This document shows positions 1 to 9,403 of a DNA stretch of 27,262 bases, one piece after another (position 1 is the stretch's first letter; each line of letters begins with the position of its first letter). Source of the DNA: Bacteroidota bacterium (lineage in GTDB: Bacteria > Bacteroidota > Bacteroidia > Cytophagales > Cyclobacteriaceae); the NCBI GenBank assembly GCA_038525885.1, contig JBCBHI010000001.1:1-27262 (forward strand). The letters are read 5' to 3'. The position numbers were made by a program, and so were the translations under genes. The notes beneath the pieces are model-generated. The model worked only from the letters and a program-made list of their open reading frames with translations, had not been told where the DNA came from and ran no database searches.

Positions 1-527
1 TTCAGGTGGCGCAGACGGAAAATTTGAGCAACACCGCCGAGGTGATTTCACGGATGCTGTCTCGTCGCCACTATGGCGTGGTAGACTACCAAATTACCAT
101 CCCCATTCAGCTACTAGAACAGCAGCAGCGCACCAACGATATCTTCAACTATGTATTGGCAGCCATTGCGGCCATCTCCCTGCTGGTAGGGGGTATTGGT
201 ATTATGAATATCATGCTGGCCTCGGTACTAGAGCGCATCAAGGAAATCGGACTTAGGCTGGCCATTGGCGCCAAAAAGGACGACATCGTGATGCAGTTCG
301 TGCTGGAATCGGTCATGATATCCATCAGCGGGGGCATCATCGGTATCCTGCTGGGTGTGGGCTTGGCCTCACTGGTCTCCAATCTGGCCGAAATCCCAAC
401 GGTCATCTCTTTTGTATCTATCCTGGTTTCATTTGGTGTTGCGGCCTTTGTTGGGCTATTTTTTGGCATTTTCCCTGCCCGGCGCGCAGCAAAACAAGAC
501 CCTATTACCTCACTTCGCTATGAATAA
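1..527 (+). CDS. ABC transporter permease, MacB/FtsX family (C-terminal part, 5' truncated by window edge)
   Basis: Motif SLLVGGIGIMNIMLASVLERIKEIGLRLAIGA...QFVLES...GIFPARRAAKQDPITSLRYE; frame is open back to the window start. Confidence 0.93.
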   Translation, partial: QVAQTENLSNTAEVISRMLSRRHYGVVDYQITIPIQLLEQQQRTNDIFNYVLAAIAAISLLVGGIGIMNIMLASVLERIKEIGLRLAIGAKKDDIVMQFVLESVMISISGGIIGILLGVGLASLVSNLAEIPTVISFVSILVSFGVAAFVGLFFGIFPARRAAKQDPITSLRYE

Positions 528-1998
528 GTTTTTGTGCGCCCTACTCGGGCTCCATTGTATATTCCTGAGCCAGGTACAGGCTCAGGCCCCCGCAGAATCT
601 TTACTCACTCTGGCCGAATATGTATCCATGGCGCGTGGTGAGTCACCTGCGGCCTTACGTGCAGATACCCGCCGTGAGAACCGATACTGGCAGTACCGTA
701 CCTTCCAAAGCCAATACCGCCCCCAGCTAGTACTGAACAGTACCTTACCTCAGTATTCTAACAGTATACAAGGGGTACCCCAGCCGGACGGTACTATTGA
801 CTTCCTACCCGTTAACCAGAATACCTCTCGGTTGTCTCTGGGCCTACAGCAAGTAGTACCCTGGACGGGAGGTACCGTATCGGTGGTGAGTTCAATACAG
901 CGTTTCGATAATTTTTCGGTAGACTCGAACAACATCAATTACCAGAGCAATCCCTTCTTTTTCCGGTTTACCCAGCCCCTTACGTTCTTCAATCAATTCA
1001 AATGGGACCGGGCCATTTCCCCACTGGCATTCGAGGAGTCCAAACGAGCGTACGTAGAGGAGATTGAGCAGCTGTCACAGTTAGCTACCGAATTGTATTT
1101 CAACTTGCTGCTAGCCCAGCGGAGTTATGAAATTGCGGTACAGAACGTGGCCAACAACGATGAGGTCTACAAAATAGCCCAAGGGCGTTTCCAATTGGGA
1201 AAAATTCCTGAAAACGACCTATTGCAGCTTGAGCTCAACCTGATGAACTCGCAGTTGGCAGTATCGCAGGCAGAGCTGGATTTTGAAACGGCCTCTTTGG
1301 AGTTGAAATCCTTTGTAGGGCTGCCCCCCAGTGCCAATCTGGTATTGGCCGTACCGCAAGACATGCCCGAGTTTACGGTAGATATGGAATTGGCTTTGGA
1401 AGAGGCCTCAGCCAACCGGTCGGAGGCCCTAAGCTTTGAACGTCGGCAACTGGAAGCCCAGCGGGACGTAGCCAGTGCCCGGGCCAACGCCGGAGTAAAT
1501 GGTGATCTGGTGTTCGAATTTGGCGTGGCCGGTCAGGGAAATAACCTAGAGGCGGTAGCTAACAATTTGATTCCGAACACGGTAGCCAATGTAGGGCTTC
1601 GGGTACCCATCCTGAACGGAGGACGGCTGAAAGCAGTACGCGAGACGGCGGAGGCCAATGCCCGGCTAACAGAGTACACTTTGGCCCAGGACAAGATCAA
1701 CTTTGAGCAAGAGGTGAGCACCCAGGTAAGGCAGTTTGATATGCTCCGCGAGCGGGTTAAGATCACTAAAACGAGCGAAGAGGTAGCCCAACGGCGGTAT
1801 GATATTGCCAACAATCGCTATAAGATTGGTAAAATATCCATTACTGACCTGAGCCGTGCCCTGGAAGAGAAGGACCGCGCGGTAAGCACCTATATTGAGA
1901 GTTTGCGCAACCTATGGACGGCATATTATAACCTACGCCGCCTCACGCTTTACGACTTCGAGTCTGGCACGGAGCTATACGTGCATGAGGAAGAGTAA
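520..1998 (+). CDS. TolC family outer membrane efflux protein
   Basis: ATG at 520 (MNKFLCALL, signal peptide) overlaps the permease stop by 8 bp; two-repeat OEP architecture (RFQLGKIPENDLLQLEL / RYKIGKISITDL); the ORF-track start at 355 lies inside the permease. Confidence 0.88.
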   Translation: MNKFLCALLGLHCIFLSQVQAQAPAESLLTLAEYVSMARGESPAALRADTRRENRYWQYRTFQSQYRPQLVLNSTLPQYSNSIQGVPQPDGTIDFLPVNQNTSRLSLGLQQVVPWTGGTVSVVSSIQRFDNFSVDSNNINYQSNPFFFRFTQPLTFFNQFKWDRAISPLAFEESKRAYVEEIEQLSQLATELYFNLLLAQRSYEIAVQNVANNDEVYKIAQGRFQLGKIPENDLLQLELNLMNSQLAVSQAELDFETASLELKSFVGLPPSANLVLAVPQDMPEFTVDMELALEEASANRSEALSFERRQLEAQRDVASARANAGVNGDLVFEFGVAGQGNNLEAVANNLIPNTVANVGLRVPILNGGRLKAVRETAEANARLTEYTLAQDKINFEQEVSTQVRQFDMLRERVKITKTSEEVAQRRYDIANNRYKIGKISITDLSRALEEKDRAVSTYIESLRNLWTAYYNLRRLTLYDFESGTELYVHEEE

Positions 1999-2026
1999 TT
2001 AGGAGACGAAATTCTTTCCTCAAGTG

Positions 2027-2074
2027 AGAGTACTCAGAATGCAGAAACCCTGCTCCCTGAGTACTCTTTTTTTT
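2027..2074 (+). terminator. Probable intrinsic terminator of the efflux operon
   Basis: AGAGTACTCAG (2027-2037) and CTGAGTACTCT (2057-2067) inverted repeat with an internal GCAG/CTGC pair, followed by a T run. Confidence 0.65.
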
Positions 2075-2324
2075 GCCTGGTGGTATGGGTAAGTCTTTGT
2101 TTGTGAATAGAGGCTTATTCAGTCCCGACTGGTGAGCAATTGAGTGTTTTGCGCGAGATACTTTTAGTTTCCCAGTCTTCGAGCCTGGAGGCTCTAACCA
2201 TCCGGAGTTCCAAGGCAGGGGCCTTGAAACAGGTTCTTTGTATTGCCCAAAGGCAACGGGAGCGGGCGACGGCGTGGAGGCACGCCCAATTTTAAACCTG
2301 ACTTCAGGTTTGTAATTTGGGGGT

Positions 2325-3410
2325 ATGCCTACTAAGCATCCCTTCCTTTTGTATCCTAGCCGGACCTATACTTGGCATTCAGAACAGACCTATGAAGGCA
2401 CTCGGGAGACTTACCAGAAACAGTATCAGGACTGGTTGGAGGAAGTAGAGTCTGTTAAGGAAGTCCTAGCGAGTGACGGTGCTCAGTACGATACCATTCG
2501 AAGGGCTATACTAGTAGGCTGGGTTACCTATCGGTGGGCTGAAGTAAAGGAGTGCCTGGCGGCCTTACTGGAATTCCGCCCCACGGAGGCTGATCTGCTT
2601 TTTTACCTGGGGGAAATCTCATGGTTTGCTTTGCCCAATGAGTCTCAGCATGCTCAAGACTACTATCAAGCTTACCTCGCTACCGAGCCAATAGCGGCCA
2701 GCCCAACATCCTACTTTCTAGATGGCTGGTACATAGAACGGCATGAATACGCCCCTTGTCAACTGCTGGCTTTCACCCGGCTAGCTGAAATAGCTAAAGC
2801 AGAAGAGAAGCCCAAACTAGCCGAAAAACACTACCAGGCAGCCATTGAGTGTGCGCCATCCACTGCGCTAGCACCCTACGGGGCTTTGGCCCGGCTTTTA
2901 GGCAGCGCGGGAAGGGTGGAAGAAGCGTTCTCACTACTGCAACAGGGCCTGGCCAACTATGAAGCTACAGAATGGGATCGCCGTCCTTTTGATCTGCCTT
3001 GTGAATACTATGAGGAGCTGGAAGCATGGCAACAAGCCACCTTTCGGTATACCTATCGCTACTACGAGCTTGGTTTTCTGCACTATGCTGAAGATGCGGT
3101 CTATTTGTTTGAGCAAGGGATCTATAACTCGCTGGCGCCCGAACTACTAGCCCCGATAGCCCAGTGGGCCATTGAATTGATGCAAAGCCAGCAAAAGTCA
3201 TCTCCCGCTGTATACCAAAAATCCTCCTACCGCGAAAACAGAATCCGCAACCAAGGGTACTATGTGTACGGGGACTTACTGGCCCGGTCGGCACACGGTT
3301 TTATCTCCCTGGGGGCCAAAGATACGGCCTGGCAGATGCTAGACCTGCTGATGAGTTGGAGTGACAAGCACAGTCAACTGCCCGCCCTGATAGCGTTGCT
3401 GGAGGAATAG
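2325..3410 (+). CDS. Hypothetical protein with TPR-like helical repeats
   Basis: 361-aa ORF; TPR-like segments such as AEKHYQAAIECAPSTALAPYGALARLLGSAGRVEEAFSLLQQGL. Confidence 0.6.
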   Translation: MPTKHPFLLYPSRTYTWHSEQTYEGTRETYQKQYQDWLEEVESVKEVLASDGAQYDTIRRAILVGWVTYRWAEVKECLAALLEFRPTEADLLFYLGEISWFALPNESQHAQDYYQAYLATEPIAASPTSYFLDGWYIERHEYAPCQLLAFTRLAEIAKAEEKPKLAEKHYQAAIECAPSTALAPYGALARLLGSAGRVEEAFSLLQQGLANYEATEWDRRPFDLPCEYYEELEAWQQATFRYTYRYYELGFLHYAEDAVYLFEQGIYNSLAPELLAPIAQWAIELMQSQQKSSPAVYQKSSYRENRIRNQGYYVYGDLLARSAHGFISLGAKDTAWQMLDLLMSWSDKHSQLPALIALLEE

Positions 3411-3607
3411 TCTGGCGCATTCGAATACGAATGAAATGAATGCTTGGGCCGTAGCTGATGCCCCATTGTGAATCGGGGCTAGAAAGCCAATCCATCGTTT
3501 CCCTTCAATGTATTGAATGTGGATATCCTTCCTCCTGCATTTGGTTGGAAATGTGGGCGTTTCGGGCTAATCTTTGTAATCGCTAACTTACTGACTGTTA
3601 CGCTCTT

Positions 3608-4249
3608 ATGGAGTTTTTGGACCGGGAAATCCAAGCTTATTCTGAGGCCCATTCGCAAGCCGAAGGCGCCTTACTACGCCGGATTCACCGGGAAACGCAT
3701 ATACAGGTATTGCGGCCCAGAATGCTGTCTGGCCCCATGCAGGGCCGGCTGCTGAGCATGCTAAGCCATATGCAACGGCCAAAACGCATTTTGGAGATTG
3801 GCACGTACACGGGCTATTCGGCGTTATGCTTGGCAGAGGGGCTTGCCGAGGGGGGAAAGCTGATCACCCTGGAGGTGAATAACGAGCTGGAAGCCAGGGT
3901 GCGAGGGTACATAACTGAGGCTAAGATGGAAGACCGGATAGAGTTGATCATCGGCAATGCGCTGGAGATCATCCCAACCCTGGAAGTGCCCTTTGATCTG
4001 GTATTTATTGATGCCGACAAGGTGAACTACGGGCAGTATTATGACTTGGTGTTGGATAAAATGCCAACGGGAGGAGTGATACTGGCGGACAATGTGCTGT
4101 GGACGGGAAAAGTGGTTGAACCCGTAGAAGAAAAAGACAAAGAGACGCAGGCACTGCTGGCCTTCAACAAGAGGGTGCAGGAGGATGCTCGCGTGGAAAA
4201 TATACTGCTGCCGTTTCGGGACGGCATCATGATGGCACGAAAACTATGA
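3608..4249 (+). CDS. O-methyltransferase, family 3 (COMT/CCoAOMT-like)
   Basis: MLSGPMQGRLL, ILEIGTYTGYSALCLAEGL, FDLVFIDADKVNY, DNVLWTGKV motifs. Confidence 0.93.
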   Translation: MEFLDREIQAYSEAHSQAEGALLRRIHRETHIQVLRPRMLSGPMQGRLLSMLSHMQRPKRILEIGTYTGYSALCLAEGLAEGGKLITLEVNNELEARVRGYITEAKMEDRIELIIGNALEIIPTLEVPFDLVFIDADKVNYGQYYDLVLDKMPTGGVILADNVLWTGKVVEPVEEKDKETQALLAFNKRVQEDARVENILLPFRDGIMMARKL

Positions 4250-6459
4250 AGCGATTCGCGATTTTGTGGGTAGCCGTAGGTTTGGCAAACATGGCCCTAG
4301 GGCAGGTACCGCAGGTGCCTCGTCGGGTTCAGTTTGCGGATATGACCCTTACGCTGACCGATGCCGCCCGCCGGGAGATACAGGAGGATGTGGAGTCATT
4401 GCACGCGGGCATTACCTACCTGCAAGAAAAGGCTGACCGAGCACGGTTGTACATGCCGATAGTGGAGCAAATCATGCGGGAAGAGGGTGTGCCAGAAGAT
4501 TTTAAGTTTCTGGCGATCCAGGAAAGTGCTTTCGTGCCAGACGCCGTATCCACTTCCAATGCCATCGGATTCTGGCAGTTTAAAGAACCCAGTGCCTTTG
4601 AAGTAGGTCTGAAAATAAACCGACAGGTAGATGAGCGCATGAACATTGTGAGTGCTACCCGAGGTGCTTGCCGATACCTGAAAAGCTTCAACGAGACGTT
4701 TGACAACTGGTGGTATAGCCTACAGGCGTACAACAATGGTTTTACGGGTGCCCAGAATGTGCTGCCTACTTCGGGTTATGGCAAACGGACCATGCAGGTA
4801 ACCAAGCAGTCGCATTGGTACATTAAGAAATACCTGGCCCATAGAATAGCCTATACGGATGCTGTAGAACCGCTAGCCAGACCCGCGCGCATCTATGCGC
4901 TGTACGAAACTGAGGGGGGAGAATCATTGAACCAGCTGAGCCGGCAGCTGGGGGTAGATGGGCAGGAGATGAAGGACCTGAATATATGGTTGAAATCCTC
5001 CCGGGTGCCTGATGACAAAAACTACTTTGTGCTCTACCCCATAGACAATCCTTCTGCCCAGGACTTGCAGGTCCTGAACCCTCAACAGATGGACGAGGAG
5101 GTACTACAGGTGCCCCAACCTTCTAATCAGGAGGAGTACCCTATCATATTTGCAGACAAACGAGTGAGCAATCAGCCTTTTCGGATCACCATCAATGGCA
5201 AACGGGCCATAGTAGCCGGGCGTTATGATGACATCCACACCCTGGCGAGTAAGGCGGAAATCCTGCCGGAGAAATTGCGGGAGCTCAATGACATGGACCG
5301 GGCCCAGGCGGTGATACCGGGGCAGTACTACTACCTGGAAAATAAGCGTAACCGGGCGCGGGTCTATTACCATACCGTGCAGCCGGAAGAAACGCTGTGG
5401 CTGATCTCACAGAAGTATGGGGTGAAATTGAACCGTTTGGTGCAAAAAAATCGGCTTACCGGAGTCAATAGCATAGAGCCCGGGATGCTACTGTGGTTAC
5501 GGTTCATCCGGCCTGCTGACATACCCGTGCAGTACGATGAGGAAATAAAGGCGGCCAACAACCCTAATTTGCAGCACAACGAAGAGATGATAGCGGCCGC
5601 TATTTCTTTCCTAGACCAAGAAGGCCCCGAAACGGAAGTGGATGCTGCCAGCACGCTGCCTACTCCTGCCACCCTGCCTCCACCTGTAGTGCGGGAGATC
5701 GATACCGTGGTAGAGCAGGATACCCTACTAATGCTGTACCCGGCCACAGCAGAGCCGGAAGCCACTAGTGAGGAAATACTTATGGCTGTCCCAGAAGAAG
5801 AAGAAGAGAAGGAGGAGGTCACTCCTATCCTACTCTATCCTGCCCCAAAGGAGGAGCAAGAAGAGATAGTGGCCGCCCCCCAGGACACCTCACGCACCAA
5901 CGTTATTTTGGCGGTACCCTCAGAATTTGAGGTAGCTACTACCGAATTAGACGCACCAGCCACCACACCCAGCCCTACAGAGAATGTACAGGAGGATATT
6001 CCCATAGAAGACGTGGCAGTTCTAACTATGGTGTCGAGCCCGGGTATGGACACCCTGGAAGAGGAGGTTTTTGAAGAGGAATCTGACCCTATTTTGGCCC
6101 CTTCCCGGCCAGATTTTCATTCTGTACAGCAGGGTGAAACCCTATACGGAATAGCCCGATTGTATGAAATACCCTTCCAACGATTGGTAGAATACAATCA
6201 GCTAGATCCGAGTACCCCCATTGATATTGATCAAAAGCTAAAAATACCTCCTAAATCGGCAGAAAACGCTGAAAACCCTACATCCGAAAACTCCACAGAG
6301 CTGGCAGGAGAATCTGTTGTGGTACATGAAGTACAAGCTGGTGAAACGATGTACTCCCTAGCCCGCCAATATTCGGTGAAAGTAGAGGATATTCGTCATT
6401 GGAATGAAAAGCCTGATTATACCCTGAAGGTGGGAGAAAAATTGATAATTAAACGATAG
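4246..6459 (+). CDS. LysM-containing lytic murein transglycosylase (MltD-like)
   Basis: Signal peptide; SLT motif AIQESAF...AIGFWQF...AYNNG; LysM motifs HTVQPEETLWLISQKYGV, HSVQQGETLYGIARLY, HEVQAGETMYSLARQY; ATGA overlap with the methyltransferase. Confidence 0.9.
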   Translation: MKRFAILWVAVGLANMALGQVPQVPRRVQFADMTLTLTDAARREIQEDVESLHAGITYLQEKADRARLYMPIVEQIMREEGVPEDFKFLAIQESAFVPDAVSTSNAIGFWQFKEPSAFEVGLKINRQVDERMNIVSATRGACRYLKSFNETFDNWWYSLQAYNNGFTGAQNVLPTSGYGKRTMQVTKQSHWYIKKYLAHRIAYTDAVEPLARPARIYALYETEGGESLNQLSRQLGVDGQEMKDLNIWLKSSRVPDDKNYFVLYPIDNPSAQDLQVLNPQQMDEEVLQVPQPSNQEEYPIIFADKRVSNQPFRITINGKRAIVAGRYDDIHTLASKAEILPEKLRELNDMDRAQAVIPGQYYYLENKRNRARVYYHTVQPEETLWLISQKYGVKLNRLVQKNRLTGVNSIEPGMLLWLRFIRPADIPVQYDEEIKAANNPNLQHNEEMIAAAISFLDQEGPETEVDAASTLPTPATLPPPVVREIDTVVEQDTLLMLYPATAEPEATSEEILMAVPEEEEEKEEVTPILLYPAPKEEQEEIVAAPQDTSRTNVILAVPSEFEVATTELDAPATTPSPTENVQEDIPIEDVAVLTMVSSPGMDTLEEEVFEEESDPILAPSRPDFHSVQQGETLYGIARLYEIPFQRLVEYNQLDPSTPIDIDQKLKIPPKSAENAENPTSENSTELAGESVVVHEVQAGETMYSLARQYSVKVEDIRHWNEKPDYTLKVGEKLIIKR

Positions 6460-6652
6460 TTTATTGTAACTTCACCGCTGTCTGGAATTAGGGCATTCCG
6501 CTGATGAAGAGTTCCATTTCTTAATGAAACGCTACACGTGCAATGTTTCTCTCTGAATGCGAACCATGACGGGGTGGTATTTTCTCTAATTTCACGTTTC
6601 CATTGACGCACTTACAAGACTGAACGTTTTCACTAAAACCTGTCCCTGTGCC

Positions 6653-6684
6653 TTGGAAATAGGAGTTTACTGTTCTTAATTTTG
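6653..6684 (+). promoter_or_regulatory. Bacteroidota primary-sigma promoter
   Basis: TTG (6653-6655), 21-nt spacer, exact TAnnTTTG (TAATTTTG, 6677-6684), 50 nt upstream of the receiver gene. Confidence 0.65.
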
Positions 6685-6734
6685 GAAAAGACGTCGCGTT
6701 TGGGTTTCTTTCAAATACCTAATACCTGATTTGC

Positions 6735-7151
6735 ATGGCTACGGATACGAAGGCTATTGACCTTGTGATGTTGGTGGATGATAACGACACTGACAATTTT
6801 ATCAGCAAACGGATCATTGAGATCACCAAATTTGCTTCGGACGTAGAGATCAAGAATTCTGGGAAGAGTGCACTGGAATACTTGGAACAAAATAAAGAGG
6901 ATCACAGCCGCTTGCCCGATATCATTTTCCTGGATATCAACATGCCCATCGTGGATGGTTTCGTATTCTTATATGAGTTCGAAAAGTTCGCTGACACGGT
7001 GAAAAACAAGTGCAAGGTGATCATTCTGTCAAGCTCCGACAACAAAAGAGATATCGATAAGATCGTGAATAATGATCACGTGATTAAGTTCATTACTAAG
7101 CCGCTCACAGAGCAGTCGCTAGAAGAAATTCGCAAAATGAACCTTAATTGA
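6735..7151 (+). CDS. Single-domain response regulator (receiver only)
   Basis: VMLVDD...IIFLDINMPIVDG...IILSSS...FITKPL; conserved Asp, Ser and Lys; no output domain. Confidence 0.92.
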   Translation: MATDTKAIDLVMLVDDNDTDNFISKRIIEITKFASDVEIKNSGKSALEYLEQNKEDHSRLPDIIFLDINMPIVDGFVFLYEFEKFADTVKNKCKVIILSSSDNKRDIDKIVNNDHVIKFITKPLTEQSLEEIRKMNLN

Positions 7152-7175
7152 GTGGTTTTCATCGAAAGAAATTGC

Positions 7176-7201
7176 AAGCCTCGCCTAGCGAGGCTTTTTT
7201 T
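7176..7201 (+). terminator. Intrinsic terminator
   Basis: AAGCCTCGC-CTA-GCGAGGCTT followed by a T run, 25 nt after the receiver stop. Confidence 0.8.
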
Positions 7202-7243
7202 GTGCCAACTAAAACAGACAAGTTCATCCTGACTGCAAGTTTT

Positions 7244-8161
7244 ATGCAACGAAGCATTCTTATCATCATCGCCCTCACACTCCTAAGCCCCACGGTTTGG
7301 GGACAAGACGCCGACGGAGCCGCGGCAGATACTACTGAAGTAAACCCTTGGGAACATGGGGCTAGCTTTTCGCTCACTCTTTCCTCCATCAACCTTTCCA
7401 ACTGGGCTGGCGGTGGCCAAAGTGCACTATCTGGCAATTCGGAATTCATTGCCTTTGCTAACTATACCACGGACCAGCGCTCCTGGACCAACCGCCTACA
7501 GATGGCCTACGGTGTGCTACAAGAGGGAGGCTTTGGCGAGGCCGTGAAAAAGAACAACGACATTTTCATTTTCACCTCCCGGTACGGGCAAAAGATAAAT
7601 GAGAACCTGAAGGTATCCGCCGGACTTGATTTCCGCTCTCAGCTTGCCCAAGGCTTTGCCTACGCGGAAGATTCTTTAGGAATAGAACGTGCTACCCTGA
7701 CCAGCCACATCCTGGCTCCTGGTTACCTAATCACAGGTTTGGGGGTAGCCTATGCGAAAAACAACTTCACCGTAGACTTCGCTCCTGTGACCGGCAAGTT
7801 CACCTTTGTACTGGATGAAGGGCTTTCGGCCCAAGGCCTGTATGGGGTTGAGCCTGGCCAAATGGCACGCTCAGAGTTTGGATACAGCTTGGCGCTGGCC
7901 TACAAAAAAGCCTTTACCGATGACTTCGAATATCAAGTAAACGGCCTGTTTTTCTCTAACTACGAAGGGCTCAACACGGTGGACGTCAACATAGAATTTC
8001 AGGCACGCTACCGCCTCAACAAGTGGCTCACTACCAACTTCTCTGCCCAACTCATATATGATGAGGACATCGACATTGCTCGCAATGACGGTACGGTAGG
8101 GCCTGCCCTTCAGTACAGAAGTGTGACCAACATTGGATTCGGATTCGAATTCTGGAAATAG
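7244..8161 (+). CDS. DUF3078-like outer membrane beta-barrel protein
   Basis: Likely start ATG 7244 (MQRSILIII, signal peptide), downstream of the terminator; LSNWAGGGQS, LDFRSQLAQGFAY, LAPGYL, FAPVTGKFTFV, LIYDEDI motifs recognised by eye. Confidence 0.78.
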   Translation: MQRSILIIIALTLLSPTVWGQDADGAAADTTEVNPWEHGASFSLTLSSINLSNWAGGGQSALSGNSEFIAFANYTTDQRSWTNRLQMAYGVLQEGGFGEAVKKNNDIFIFTSRYGQKINENLKVSAGLDFRSQLAQGFAYAEDSLGIERATLTSHILAPGYLITGLGVAYAKNNFTVDFAPVTGKFTFVLDEGLSAQGLYGVEPGQMARSEFGYSLALAYKKAFTDDFEYQVNGLFFSNYEGLNTVDVNIEFQARYRLNKWLTTNFSAQLIYDEDIDIARNDGTVGPALQYRSVTNIGFGFEFWK

Positions 8162-8162
8162 A

Positions 8163-8687
8163 TCAATCTTCCCACTCCAGGAGAGCCTCATAGGGGTCTC
8201 CTGCGAGTCCCAACACCTTAGCAAAGGCAGGCTCAGTTTTGTGGCCTGCCTTTTTTAGTGCCACTACCTCATCCCGAAAGCTACTACCGTGGGCTTGCAG
8301 TATCCGGTGTTCCACCAGCATGTGCCGATAGGCATGCTGCCTTACGGTAGGTACTGCCTGACCAAAAACCTCAATGGGAAAATGGCTTCCCTGGAAACGA
8401 GTTACCAAACAGGGGGTATCCCGAATTTCTTTTGGCTCCAGCATAAATCCAGGATGGGAACCATAGTGGAGCTCCATCAGCTCACTAAAGCTCTCAAAGT
8501 CAGCAACCTCTACGATCACATCCAGATCGCTGCCCGGGATATCAATACCGATTGGTACCGTACCTACCAGAATGGGGCTGTAGGGCGCCAAACGCTCCAT
8601 CAGTTGCAGGCCCTGCAACTCTAGGTACGCTTTTCTCTGGCGATCATTCCCTTTAAGTAAGTAGTCTAGGGTGAGGAAATCATTCAT
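8163..8687 (-). CDS. DUF4269 family protein (nucleotidyltransferase-like signature)
   Basis: PILVGTVPIGIDIPGSDLDVI, HMLVEHRIL, LKKAGHKTEPAFAKVLGLAGDPYEALL. Confidence 0.82.
   Translation of the reverse strand: MNDFLTLDYLLKGNDRQRKAYLELQGLQLMERLAPYSPILVGTVPIGIDIPGSDLDVIVEVADFESFSELMELHYGSHPGFMLEPKEIRDTPCLVTRFQGSHFPIEVFGQAVPTVRQHAYRHMLVEHRILQAHGSSFRDEVVALKKAGHKTEPAFAKVLGLAGDPYEALLEWED
8223..8256 (+). terminator. Probable intrinsic terminator of the DUF3078 gene, embedded in the antisense DUF4269 CDS
   Basis: AAAGGCAGGC-11 nt-GCCTGCCTTT plus further Ts, about 60 nt after the DUF3078 stop. Confidence 0.55.
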
Positions 8688-8888
8688 TTTGAAAGAGTAT
8701 TCAGGAAGTAACTAATCTGATTTTAGTTCTAGCAAGGTTTCTGGCAACTACCCGCCGTTATGGGTGTTTTTGGGCGTATGCCAGCCACGGGAACGTCCAA
8801 CTACATCAAGGGCTGATCCTTGAAAGCAAGTCTCCAAATTTTCGGCATGATCCCTGATTTTCTATCTTAGAATAAACCTTAACTACCC

Positions 8889-9263
8889 ATGCAACGGCCC
8901 ATCCTCATTAGAGTTAATACCGCTTTACAAATCTTTTTTGCTATCCTGATTATTGGGGCATTAATCGGGTATGTTTTTTCTCCTTATTTTTTGGCTTTAC
9001 TGCTATACCTGTTGCCACTAGTAGGATTAAGCCATGTAATCCTCGGCATCCTATTCCTGATGGCCAAGCTACCTCATCGCCAATTCCTATATGCTTATTT
9101 CACCTTTGTCCTGGTTTACTTTGCTACCCTGATTTTTTTCGCTTCAGGCGAGATTTCGACCACCGATGATTCTGTAGTTAAGTTTTTAATTTTTCCCACT
9201 TCCCTACTGGGTACTATGGCCTTTTGGTACCACAGTTACCAACTACACCGTGCTCCACAGTAG
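8889..9263 (+). CDS. Hypothetical membrane protein (about 4 TM helices)
   Basis: 124-aa hydrophobic ORF; TATCTTAG (-7-like element) at 8863-8870. Confidence 0.6.
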   Translation: MQRPILIRVNTALQIFFAILIIGALIGYVFSPYFLALLLYLLPLVGLSHVILGILFLMAKLPHRQFLYAYFTFVLVYFATLIFFASGEISTTDDSVVKFLIFPTSLLGTMAFWYHSYQLHRAPQ

Positions 9264-9355
9264 ATGGATAGCCAAGGGTAAATTTTCACCATAGACAAAC
9301 AGCTACAACAAGAGCTTTTTCTTTGTCACTCAGGCGATTAGTAAGTTAGGATTGG

Positions 9356-9386
9356 TTGAGTATTGGCGCGGAAGTCCGTACCTTTG
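9356..9386 (+). promoter_or_regulatory. Bacteroidota primary-sigma promoter
   Basis: TTG (9356-9358), 20-nt spacer, exact TAnnTTTG (TACCTTTG, 9379-9386), 17 nt before ATG 9404. Confidence 0.65.
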
Positions 9387-9403
9387 CCGCTTCAATTTTA
9401 CTA

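Noticed and set aside
355-519. N-terminal extension of TolC in the ORF track
   Set aside because: Lies within the permease CDS; ATG 520 gives a clean signal peptide.
2108-2237. MITE with ends TAGAGGCTTATTCA / TTGAAACAGGTTCT
   Set aside because: Only 9/13 match between the putative ends and no clear target duplication; too weak without a copy-number search.
3506-3519. Palindrome TTCAAT-GT-ATTGAA upstream of the methyltransferase
   Set aside because: Short, AT-rich, single occurrence; expected by chance.
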